Positions 53,201 through 64,000 of a stretch of DNA of 64,000 nt are shown here, in pieces (within the stretch, counting starts at the first letter, position 1; each line of letters starts with the position of its first letter). The notes beneath the pieces are model-generated. The model was not told the DNA's origin. It did no database searches and worked only from the letters and a program-made list of their open reading frames with translations. Position numbers and translations under genes: made by a program. The stretch lies in assembly GCF_000150275.1 (NCBI RefSeq), contig NW_002060949.1, positions 2,911,836 to 2,975,835 of the forward strand. The letters run 5' to 3'. This stretch comes from Trichoplax adhaerens. Its lineage: Eukaryota; Animalia; Placozoa.

Positions 53201-54929
53201 GGTAAAAGCTTGGATTACCTGATTGAATGATGATACCTCCATCGTAGTGCACAGTATTAAAATTAACATATTGGAAATTCGATTGATTTATTAGTCCGTC
53301 TTGGCTTGGATAATGATTATTCCATTCATCATTGGATAACGGAATGTCTTGATTGATGATAATCTTTCCTTTTTCTTTGATTATCCAAGTTATGGGATTT
53401 TCGATTGTACCTTTAGCATAGATCCCTACATTGCTCGTAATTTGAAAGATCTGTTCTTTATCTATAATGATTTGGCTACCTGGCAATAGAACCAAAGTTG
53501 TTTGATTTAAGATAGTATGAACATTGTTTTTATTGCTACTTTTGTAACTTGTCCATGTTTCAGAGCCTAGAATAGCACCAAAATGAACCAGGGGATCACT
53601 TGGGTAGATCTTTCCATTAGGTTGTGATAGAAAATAGGAATAAACAGCAGGACTTTGAACGTTATAAAGAATTCTCTGAGAGATGTAATGAACATCAGTG
53701 CTGCCCCAATAGCAATATCTGGTATCTAAATAACCATTCAATACATCCGAAATATTAATTTCACAATCAGCTCTATCATTGGAAAATGTATTATTCCTTG
53801 CATCTATTCCATTTTTTGCACTAATAAATATAGCACAAGCAGTTTTTTCTGCCGTTGACCAACTTTCAACATGATTATTGACAATAGAATTTTGGGTTAA
53901 TTGATGATGTGTACCTTGATCAATAACTATGATAGCATAACTACCGACGTTAGTGCTTATGAAATTATTTGTTAAAGTGATATGTGTATTTGGAACCCGT
54001 ACAGATTTAATATTTAAAGCACCGATAAGATTGGCTTTGTTATTAATAATTTCGTTATGATTGATAGTAATATTACCAACAAATTCGATCTGCATAGCAG
54101 CATCATCGCTACAGTGGTTGTCTCGGACTAGATTATGACTAATAGACAGCTTTCTACCAGAGCCGATAACTTTAAAAATTTGTTGATTTCTTATAATTTG
54201 GTTCTTACTGATGTTGATAAATTCTTGAATAGCAGTTGGTGATCTATAGATCTCGATCGCAACTCCACCAGTATCCATAATAATATTATTAGTAAGAGAA
54301 ATGGCGTTGCAGTCTTGCAGGAAAATATGAGTATCATGGCCAAGATATAGTCCATCGTATGCTGTAATAGCTGACCCTTGACTACCAATGATAGTGCAAT
54401 TATCCATTTCTATCCATGACCGAGTAGCTTCAACTCCAACATCGGATACTTTGATATAAACATTTTGTAATTGAACGATCGATTCCATAGCGGAAATTGC
54501 GAGATGTCCTCCAGTAATATTACAATATCTGAGTATAGAAGCGTTATCTTGGCATGAAGTATTAGTTTGTAATGTTTTTAGCCAAGCTGCGCCATAGAAT
54601 GAAAGAGTATCATAATCATTACTTTCCTGAATGAAATAAATATTTTGGCTTGATGTCCCCTTGGCAATAAGTTTTCCATTAATTTCTAAATGTGAAGTTT
54701 GACAGCGTATAACAACGCCTGCTTCAATGGTTAGTGTTGCATTTGCTCTAACAGTAGTAGGACCAATGGAGCGAAGGCAATAAGGACTGTGTTGAACCTT
54801 CCAAATTACAGATTGTGAAATATCTTCCTGAGTAATGGTCTTGCATTTGGTTGTAGTCGATGCAGATAGGGAGAAATTAATGGAATGGGTTAAAATGATA
54901 GCTACGAAAGATAAATATTGGCTGATCAT
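50288..54929 (-). CDS. Type I membrane protein, ~1396 aa, with three parallel beta-helix (pectin-lyase-like/PbH1) modules, a Ser/Thr-rich stalk, a TM helix and a short Tyr-containing tail
   Basis: Exons 54929-51466, 51315-50866, 50662-50610 and 50511-50288 are in frame (4191 nt). Features: signal peptide MISQYLSFVAIILTHSINFSLSA; repeated TLTIE.GV.I...I.G.L.AKG motif; many I.NN.I turns; D.RYC.WG caps; TM VVVPVVILVVLGIAISIAI followed by TRKR. The ORF-track start at 54953 is a GTG, and the first ATG is at 54929. Confidence 0.8.
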
Positions 54930-56857
54930 GTCTGATACGATTTCTCTTTTCACGGCCTTGGTGTTTTATCTACGAAATAAAAAGTAGTAAAACGATGCTT
55001 GATGACTTGGCAAAGATTGAGAGTAACACGTTGGTATTTTTGCACTATTTTTAAATTTGTAAAAGGTTCGATAGGCATAAGTGTGATATGCAAATCACCT
55101 ATATTAGATCGATTTTCAATAAGAAGAATAAGATCAATACTAAAAACTACACCAGAAAGAAAATCCGTTTCTCCTGATGTGTTAATACCTGGAATTGAAT
55201 CCAATTAATTCTAAAAAAATCTTTTCACTTCAGGATCAAGAAAGTGTTCAAGGTGATTTTAACACAAACGGTTGGAATTCTCAAAATTTGCAATGGTCGA
55301 GCTAATTCCAAAATACAATCTAGCCAAGTGTTATGGATTTTAAGCTTTATCAATTCAATCTAGACTGAATAAAAAAAAGCAAATACTCGTCAGGGTTTTT
55401 TTTCCTCGGAGTTTGCATGCGCGTGTGAGAGTGACGCGCTTACGTGAGTCCATTTAAAATGGTAGGAAAAAAATTCACGTTTACTTACAAGCGTCGTCGG
55501 TAGACAAACTTTTTCAGTTCAATTTTATGATACGATTAGAAAATAAAAGCTACCACCATTACTTTAAACCAGAGTGGAAAAATACTACTGGAGATTACGT
55601 CTAGAGAGAACTTTCTACTGACGGTGAAAAAGAGATGGTAAATTTTCGATCGTCAATGAGCTGGAGGAAGGATCCAATACGTATGATCCTTGATTACCCT
55701 ATCATTGCCAATTTGATTGGTCAGCAATAACTTTATTTGGTTATTGTTAGACTAATGGAAAGCCCTTAGTTATAAACTAGTTTATCTGTCATATTCTTGC
55801 ATTTTATTCATTCATTCACTTGATACTAAATTGATGCTTAATGCATGAGCGCAAGGTATATTTAGTGTTGCAAATTACCGTATTGTATTCATAAGTTGTT
55901 ATTACAAAGTCCCAATCGAGCCTGGAGATTTTGATTCGATGCCCATAAATTGCATTATTAGAACATTGTAGTTATAGGCGAGAAAAATGCCACCACTTGA
56001 CATGATCGTATGATTTGCGATGGTTTTATCTCTCTATATATGTATATTTGATTCTAGTATATAAACATACATAGACTGGGATCATATGATCATATGAGAT
56101 AATAAATTGAGGGTATAATACCGTAGAAGTAAATTTTAATGAACTACGGGATTATTGAGGCGATGTAAATTCTTCGTGGAAACTCACAAACTTAAATTAA
56201 TTAATTATTGAAGTAAACCTTATTATACTTGAATGAGTCAAAACTGCCTAACGTTCTGTTCCTTACACTTTTCTTGTGTTTCTTTTTGAATTTATTCAGT
56301 AAACTGTAGCGCTCAAAGCACAGCACAAGACATGGTAATTTCAGTTTTAATATAAAAATTAAAAACTGCTGTCTCTTAGCAGATGGATTATTTCATTGTA
56401 TATCAGTTAGAAGCTTAATACAGTCAGCGAATTGCAAAGCATCATTGCTATTTTCAATATCGACATCGTTTCCGGCGTCATGGAATGGATGGAAGAAGCT
56501 GGCGCATTTATATCTCGGTGTAAAATATTCCTTTACATCATCAGATGCTATCCCCTTATCAATCGCTCGCTTTTAGTATGATTTGTTGTTATTGATTTTT
56601 TGCAGTGAATGGTGGCCTGCAGGAGGTCATAAAATCTTTAATTTAGTTTCCAGTTAATAAAAGAAAGAAATCAACCTTATAGCTAAGCTATACTGTATAT
56701 TCGTCGACACCATCCTAGAGTGGCGAGATATTTTACAAGTTTTTTTTCGACCCTTTAATTATTCTATATTTGAAGTGGTATTGGAATTTCTGTAGTAAGT
56801 GCATGTGGCGCATTTTTCGGGGGTCTCTTTCTAGCATAGGCAAGAACCTATCGCATA

Positions 56858-57480
56858 CGTATTTGCAACCGAGGCAATTTCACTATTTTGACAGCCAAGA
56901 TTGAAGATTTTGATGCATGGCTTTCCATCTGAGCAGCTTGTCGTGGTTGAATTGCCTAATTCGCTCGGAAGGCTCTCGGCATTTATAGGCTGTAAATCGC
57001 CGAAAGCGATGCGTTTGTGGATAACTTTAGTAGACGTAATATGTGGGAAAAATTGGAATGGTATACGGGAAATGCTCATTCTATCTAGCGCTGTGCCGTA
57101 TTTGCAATCGAGGCAATTTCACTATTTTGACAGCCAAGATTGAAGATTTTGATGCATGGCCTTCAATCAGTGCAGCTTGCCGCGGTTGAATTGGCTAATT
57201 CGCTCCCAAGGCTGTCGGCATTTATGGGCTGTAAATTGCCGAAAGCGATGCGTTTGTGGATAACTTTAGTATTCGTAATATGTGGGAAAAATTGGAATGG
57301 AATACAGGAAATACTCATTCCATCTAGGGTTGCGCGGAATACTGTACTCGTCCACGGCAGCCCTCTTTTTCAGTCGAGGACAATTTACCACTATACAATG
57401 TAGTAGTAGAGGATGGAAACAATATCAATCTCGATTTGATATGCCGAGGGTGGATTCAATATTTATAGGGTAAAATTAAT
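56858..57480. repeat. 239-bp tandem repeat upstream of RPS12: two well-conserved copies plus a degenerate partial third
   Basis: Copies start at 56858 and 57097 (CGTATTTGCAA.CGAGGCAATTTCACTATTTTGACAGCCAAGATTGAAGATTTTGATGCATGGC...). Third-copy relics are TCGAGGACAATTTACCACTAT (~57374) and ATTTATAGG (~57462). GC content is higher than in the flanks. Confidence 0.9.
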
Positions 57481-57599
57481 TTCATGCGCGACATTATCCG
57501 GTTTCGCTTTTTTTTAGGCTTTCTCTATCACACCTCGCACCTGCCAAATCGTAGTCGACTAATCCCTGAATGGCCGTATGGTGATGTCAACACTTGAGC

Positions 57600-57910
57600 C
57601 GTTCAGTACTGTGTGTGCGTTTGTTGTGTACGGTACCGTACTGTAGTATATGCAGTAATTCTAGTAGTCCAGTACAGTACTATACTAGATTTGTAGAGGT
57701 GTTTCAACTGTTTTTGAACATCTCACTCACAGTAATTTCACACGTGGCGCTAGCCGCATACAGTGGGTACGGCTACGGACAGGATGTACAGCTGTACGCT
57801 GACAGTCTTGATTACAACAAAATTTACAGTACTGTACTGTACAGTACAGTAATAACACTAAATCTTACAGTACTGATACTGTACACTGTACAGTGTACAG
57901 TACGTACAGT
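57600..57910. promoter_or_regulatory. TACAG/CTGTA-rich island immediately upstream of the RPS12 transcription start
   Basis: TACAGTACTGTACTGTACAGTACAGTA and TACTGTACACTGTACAGTGTACAGTACGTACAGT end about 40 nt before the pyrimidine initiator. Confidence 0.6.
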
Positions 57911-57922
57911 AAGACTGCACGC

Positions 57923-57993
57923 TATATATTGCAACTGCGCAGTCTAATCTTCTTCTTTTTACCTCTTTCGAAGATTCTCGACATTGAAGTCAT
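57923..57993 (+). promoter_or_regulatory. RPS12 core promoter and non-coding exon 1: TATA-like element, ACTGCGCAGT palindrome, polypyrimidine TCT/5'TOP initiator
   Basis: TATATAT at 57923, palindrome at 57934-57943, CTTCTTCTTTTTACCTCTTTC at 57949-57969 and donor GTAAGT at 57994. TCT initiators are an established feature of animal ribosomal protein genes. Confidence 0.65.
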
Positions 57994-58555
57994 GTAAGTT
58001 TCTCCTTCAATTTCTGCTGCAATCATGCAATAATCTTTTATCATCCTTATGAATTACATGCAAATATGGGTAGAAATGTTAAAATGACATGATGATACTT
58101 CCAGAACCAGTATACTTTCGTGATAGCTAAAATGGATTAGATGTCCGATTTCCGTTTGAATTTGCATGTGATGTGGAGTAGTATAGTGATATACTCGACA
58201 CGGTAGGCTGTTTTATTGCGCTGATGGTGGAATAGGACAATCAGGATAAAAGTGTGCAATCATGCTATACGTATTTCTGTATCTCAGTTGTAGTAAATAG
58301 TGGTTATAGATTGAATTAAACCAGCGTTCCACTGTAGATCAGATGGATAGATTGCTAATTTACGATCAATTTCTCTGCTAATCTCCCAGTTGATTAGACA
58401 TTGCTGCACAGTAATATCAGATACTGCTAGTTCTAAAACGATCAACTGTATGGTATTGACCACCGTTGTACGTCATATCGTCCATTTTACAATCCTGCTA
58501 ATCACTTATCCTTATTTCTTATTACATTAGCGAGGAGATCCGCTATTAAATCATC

Positions 58556-59902
58556 ATGTCTGACGCGGAAGGGTAAGGTTTTAGAAATAGATGATATACA
58601 TTTTATCTTGAATTTTTTCCACCATAGTAACTTCAACTAAAGTAATTTTCTTGCATCGCGTAGAGATGATCAACCTCAACCTCAAGTTGAAGCTGAAGCT
58701 ACTGAACGCCCTGGTGACGTCCAGAGTGCTTTAAAAGAAGTCTTAAAAAGCGCTCTTATTACCAATAACTTGGCTCGTGGTATCCGAGAAGCCTGTAAAG
58801 CCTTAGATAGGTAATGAATAGTGCTGGAGAGTGGCTTAAAGTAGCTGCAAAACACGTGTGATGACTTCAGATTACAGTAAAGTATTCTAAGGCAAAGTAC
58901 TAAAATGACATGTCCTTTGGATCTTCTTATAGGCGTGAAGCGGACTTGTGTGTCTTAGCAGAAAACTGTGATGAACAGCAGTATGTTAAACTGATCGAAG
59001 CTTTATGTGCTGAACATCAGATTCCATTAATGAAGGTACTCTGTTGGTCATTTTTATCTACATTAATCAATTTATACTCTATTCTGTTGATGTTAGCAGA
59101 AACGTTGAATTATTATCAGATTTACTGCAGGTTAAACTATTTGATGTTGTAACTTTTATTTAAATCCGTATGTAATCCAATCCTATAGGTACCTGACAAT
59201 CGCGAATTAGGCGAGTGGTGTGGTTTATGTAAAATTGACAGAGAGGGTAAAGCTCGAAAGGTGGTCAAGTGCAGCAGTGTTGCTGTTAAGGTATTAGCTC
59301 AGTAATATTGTGATTGTTAATTAATCATATCTTATTAGGGATTTCTAGATACTGCTTGAATAGAATTACGATAAATAATTTACTTGTGACAGTGTATGCT
59401 ATATTAGTTCATAGTACAGTGCAGTACTGTTGGAAGTAAACCATATTCTCGATATGATATGTAGTTGATCCTATGAAGATATAGCTGCTCCCTCTTCTGA
59501 TTTAACATATTGATGAATGGCAGACTTCCGGAATCAATTTTGTCGCGGCTGAGGATATAAATTACCTTTACTTATGCTATGTATTGTTAATCATATCGAC
59601 TGAGGCTTTTATACTGTCAATAACTATTAAAATAGTAACATATACACTATCACTACTGTATGTAGTTTCTTGAGGCAAATCTGCTAGTACCCTTAATAAT
59701 GACTTCATTTTACATACTATAATCCATCTTATAAAGTCTCTTCTTTCACGACCTATAGTTTAGACACATTACTTCAAGGTTATTGTATGTTCCTGGCTTA
59801 ATCATGGCTTGTTTATACGTTTTGTTATTATAGGAAGTCGCCAAGGATTCTGGTGCTTGGGATGTATTACAAGAATACTTCAAAGCTCAAAGTTCTGATT
59901 AA
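58556..59902 (+). CDS. RPS12: 40S ribosomal protein S12 (eS12), 145 aa
   Basis: Exons 58556-58572, 58664-58810, 58933-59035, 59189-59290 and 59834-59902 (438 nt). Motifs [56 protein letters not shown]. Confidence 0.95.
59468..59556 (+). ncRNA. SNORD100: Intronic box C/D snoRNA, SNORD100-like (predicted 18S rRNA 2'-O-methylation guide)
   Basis: Terminal stem ATCC(T)/(A)GGAT; box C variant ATGAAGA at 59473; D' CTGA at 59497; C' TGATGA at 59511; D CTGA at 59549. The D' guide GCTCCCTCT (59487-59495) is antisense to the conserved 18S segment AGAGGGAGC. Confidence 0.75.
59658..59771 (+). ncRNA. Weak candidate box H/ACA snoRNA in the last RPS12 intron
   Basis: Hairpin GTATGTAG/TTACATAC with inner stem TTGAGG/CCTTAA, H-like ATACTA at 59714, a weak second hairpin, and ACA at 59766, about 60 nt before the acceptor. 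No convincing target was found. Confidence 0.25.
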
Positions 59903-59999
59903 GCTACTTCATCTGGAAGATATATGCCATTGTAATTTAGCCAGCAATTATAAGTTTTACATCTGTACTTTTGTAATAGAAAGCTGACAAAATTTGAGC

Positions 60000-60005
60000 A
60001 ATAAA
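60000..60005 (+). terminator. Polyadenylation signal of RPS12
   Basis: AATAAA about 100 nt after the stop, followed by a T/GT-rich downstream element (TTTTCGTGTCGTAGTTGTCT). Confidence 0.7.
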
Positions 60006-60794
60006 AAAACTCTTCAAGCATACATACTTTTCGTGTCGTAGTTGTCTCTTAGAGTGCTGTACCAGGCTGTACACTATGCATAGGAGTATACAAGTCGACT
60101 GGATCACAATTTTTGTTCGTTAGGGAGTATCTATTTACTTTGATATGATGGTATTCTTTTAATACATCCACATAAAAAAGATGAAAAATAACCTTGACTT
60201 TATTTTGATATCCTCGTCGTGTGCTAGAGAAAATAAATTTAGAATTGATGATAGCTTTCACACCAATCATCCATGCATCTTGTAAATCTGATAGAGGAAT
60301 GATAGGTGCATATAGCATAGCTACTCTTAAATATTTTATTGGTCTGACTAGTTTAACCATGGCTAGGTAATACTCTATATAGGCACACGTGTAAGTCAAG
60401 GCTGCATTAGATTTCAATGTTATTAGATACAAAGCAGTAGTAAAATATCACAAGTAGCTTTAGCATCATTTTGAAATTCACCCAAGTCTTAAGACAAAGT
60501 TTAAATTTGTGATCTAGTGTTAAAATAAGCATGTGGTCAATTTCGTTCCGTTTATGATTCACGTCAATTATACGTAAAGACATTTTAATTCAAAAAAATT
60601 GCTAAGAAACTGATTCTATAAATATAAGCAATATATGTATAAATAAAACTTTCTGCAATTTAGTGAAATGTATCGCAATATCCATTTGAGCAGATGCATA
60701 AAGTAGTTATTTGTCCATATGTCAACATGCAAAGGAGTCAAATGTAATAAACATCAAAAGGATTGTCGAATATAACTGACTGTATATACATTAT

Positions 60795-63700
60795 TTACAA
60801 CATGCAATGTTTTAAATCAACATTACACGAAAACATCCAATTATTCTTTTGAATAATATTTAATAGTTCTGTCATAGGATGGCTTAGTTGTAAGGTAGTC
60901 CAAGACCCAATAAGAATCAATTTCTTTTTAGAACGAGTTATAGCAACATTAATTCGATGTTTGTCTAGTAATAATTGACCAATCTATAACAATTGAGAGG
61001 AATCAATCGATTTAGTAAAATATATGCACTGCATACTTTATAAGCTAAATCTATTACTAAGTCACTGCACATACAGCCATCTATGGCTACTTTGAATATT
61101 AGCATACTTGCATTGTTTATATGAAAAGTAAGATTATTCTCTTAAAGTTTATCAGATACCGCAATTAGTTCGACTCAGTATCCTCACTGCTTACTTTTTT
61201 TTCCATATTTTTCCTGACTAACGATATAATGATACAATCTTTATCACGCCCTTGGTATCGATCAATCGTATGGACTTCAACTGAATCGGATGCTTCAATA
61301 TTATGTTTCATCTTTTCTCGAATAACGTGCAATTGATATTTATATGGGGACAAAACTCCAATCTCGGATGGATTTGCACCAGCCTAAGATTTTTAAGCAT
61401 AGCATAATATTAGTTAATTTCGGAAACTTAATGACTTCTTAATAATGCATTATGGTGACTAAGGAATATTGAGCTATAATGGTTGAATAAAAGATTTTGC
61501 TCAAAGTGTTGGCAATGTTGAGAAGTCGTAACATGCAAATCAAATCGGTTATTAGCTATTGTCTTCATTAGTTTTAACAATAACGAATTAATATACAGTC
61601 AGCAGGACAAACTCATAACGATATTATTTAAGAATAGTACCTCAATAAGATATCGAACTATGGAGGCGGTAAGGACTGCTTCAAACTCGTTATATATAGA
61701 GCTACCATTGCAGACGTCCCCTTCAGAAGTCTTACATCCAAAAATGAGGAGATGGATAAGAGAAAAAGTATAAAATATTTAATTTTATTAAACTTAGTGA
61801 CTATTACTATTTAGAACTAGAATGAATAATTGCAATATTTACATTATCCGTGTTAATAAATACAACAGGCATGCTTGGGTTTACAGCCTGTAATAGCCAT
61901 AACATCTCTGAATTCTTCTTTAAGATCTAAGATTTTTGAATATACGCTTTTCAATTTCAACCTTTAGCTATAATTTTACATTAATAATTACCTTTTCTAC
62001 GGATGACCAGTTCTTCAGCTCGAGTGTTTCATTTTCAACTGCCTGAGTTGCACATTGCAATCGATTGTTATATACTAACGAATTGGATAGAGCCATAATA
62101 TCCCTATAATTAGAAAAAATTACAAGAGTATATATAAGGCACTACAGTCACATATAGAAAATTTTTATAGGAATATAACTACCAACCTATGCATACGATA
62201 TTGTAATCGTAATTCAGCAACGGATTCATTAGTAGCCTGGCAAAGTCGTTGAAATAGGCTGACGTTCATCCCACCATCCCTAGATTTAAACATAATGGAA
62301 TATAGCATTCTACTTTTGGGCAAATTTTTACAAAATTTCGTCTATTCTTCACCTAGCATCCAGACTTTGTACTAATGGGGGCAATTGATGATGATCACCA
62401 ACTAATACAAAAATATCGGCGAATCTTAAGGGACCGATACAAACAGGTTGCGTAACTTGTGAAGCTTCATCAAGGATACAATAATCGAAGCGTCTCTGAG
62501 AGAATATTGCGTGATTGATTCCTAAACAAGTCGTAGCAACTACGGCCTTGCATTAACAATATGTGACAGTATTGTTTGTTATATATTCGGATATTGTGAA
62601 ATTAACAGCCTACAGTACATACTCAGCAAAATATTGAAACATTGATTTTTAAATTCAATTATACCATATGGGATAGTTTAACCGGCTTACCTTCGAAGAG
62701 TAGAAATCGCCAAGTTCCTTTGTATTCCTACATTGTTGAGAACAATTTTGGGCACAGAAAGGCAGGACATTTGGATGTATACTTTGAGGACGGCCAAGGC
62801 GAATAAAGTCGACACCAAACTACAACATTAAAAAATAGCTGTCAATGATATCGGAACAGTCCTTACTAAATTGTTTTGCAAAGGTAAACTTAATTGCAAA
62901 TAGTTTGCGTGCATTACATACTTTAGCGAGCTTTAGTAAGACATTGTCGACGGCGGTATGAGTGTAGGCAGTTAGCAAGACAGATTTTCCCATAGTACTT
63001 AAAATCCAAATGAGATGAGCAATTGTTGTCGTTTTACCTACGTTGGTGATGGTGAAATTCATATTTCAGCGATACATCAACGTTCACTACAATCATAAAT
63101 TATGCTCTAATAAATCAGTTACTGATACCGGTTCCTGGCATCCCAAGAATAAGTGAGTAGTCGCGAGCTCGTAGACTCTACGCATAGAAAATAGTTATTC
63201 GTTAATTTAATTTAGCTAGTAATAAATCTATTGATTTAGTAATGAAATGTTATTTGAAACAAATTCTAATCCGATAATTAAAACTTGCCTTATAAATGGC
63301 ACACTTTTGGTCATTGTTTAGATTACACATTTGTTCTTTCAATGTATCATCGTCTAAAATTAAATTATATTCGTAGGTCAATAGCTACTACATTCTATGC
63401 TAAATGATATAATTTAGCGATATGGAGATATGGGACAGAATAAACCTTCTAAAGCTTCTAAATTATCGAATGTCGGTGGATCCAAGTTGACAATCAGGCG
63501 ACGTAGTTTCGAATCGCTTGTTTTATTAATAATAAACAAACATAATTATCTTTAGTACATATGTCGATTTTTGTTACCTTTATAAACATTAAATTTTTTT
63601 TACCTTTCACTAACTGAGCAGAATTCAGATAAATTAGCCCAAAGCTGCGACGTAGTATTCCAATCAGCACCTGTATCAATCCTATACAAAATCTTCTGGG

Positions 63701-64000
63701 ACCGCATTTTTAACGTATAGCATATACTCACATTAGTGATAACATCCTAATCCTCTGTTTCGACAATTATGCAATATTTATAAATTTGATTTATACGTTT
63801 ATAGGTCATCACCTTTTGAAATTGTTGCTGATTTCCAACGTTTTTTTCGTACAATACAAAGTCCCTAATTTTAATAAGTTTCTCGTTACGATAAATCGAG
63901 ATACTAGACACATATGATTGATAGATAATATACGCATGATAGAACTTATATTACCTGTCTGTAATAACACTAATAGAAGAGCTACCGATTTCAGTAACGG
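60795..64000 (-). CDS. DNA2: DNA replication helicase/nuclease DNA2, 3' part (SF1 helicase domain); the 5' end lies beyond the window
   Basis: Multi-exon SF1B helicase motifs in DNA2 context: [112 protein letters not shown]. The stop TAA is at 60797-60795 if there is no further intron. Confidence 0.88.

Noticed and set aside
56831-57473. Paired ORFs (MKILMHG...) that look like duplicated small genes
   Set aside because: They start at TTG and simply mirror the 239-bp DNA repeat, whose period is not a multiple of 3. There are no splice signals or recognisable domain.
58089-58224. Box C (ATGATGA) and box D (CTGA) in RPS12 intron 1
   Set aside because: The boxes are ~135 nt apart with a poor terminal stem. 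The guide matches 18S (GCAATAACAG) only with a 2-nt bulge. Not supportable without a covariance search.
60049-60432. 127-codon minus-strand ORF between RPS12 and DNA2
   Set aside because: It has a non-ATG start and no domain signal, and lies in the 3'UTR/intergenic zone of two convergent genes.
60760-60845. Possible U12-type terminal intron in DNA2
   Set aside because: There is no ATATCCTT or GTATCCTT donor after the NNW codons, and the frame reads on to a stop at a plausible length.

Overview
AT-rich, intron-dense eukaryotic DNA with short (mostly about 75-200 nt) GT-AG introns and an animal gene set. The overall style fits an early-branching animal such as a placozoan (Trichoplax-like); this is inference only. 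Eight protein-coding genes can be built by hand: a six-repeat non-classical cadherin (-), an OSER1-like gene (-) head-to-head with RCC1 (+), a ~32-exon BIG1/BIG2-type Sec7 Arf-GEF (+), an uncharacterised protein with two copies of an unknown ~190-aa domain plus a C-terminal CARD-like death fold (-), a single-pass membrane protein with three beta-helix modules (-), RPS12 (+), and the 3' part of DNA2 (-). The last RPS12 intron holds a box C/D snoRNA resembling SNORD100. The most striking non-coding signals are dense palindromic TACAG/CTGTA islands and tandem repeats found specifically in front of the housekeeping genes (OSER1/RCC1, ARFGEF, RPS12). Two of these tandem repeats appear distantly related to each other. 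A ~14.6 kb stretch upstream of the cadherin has no recognisable gene. All coordinates and gene calls were made by eye, with no database searches.
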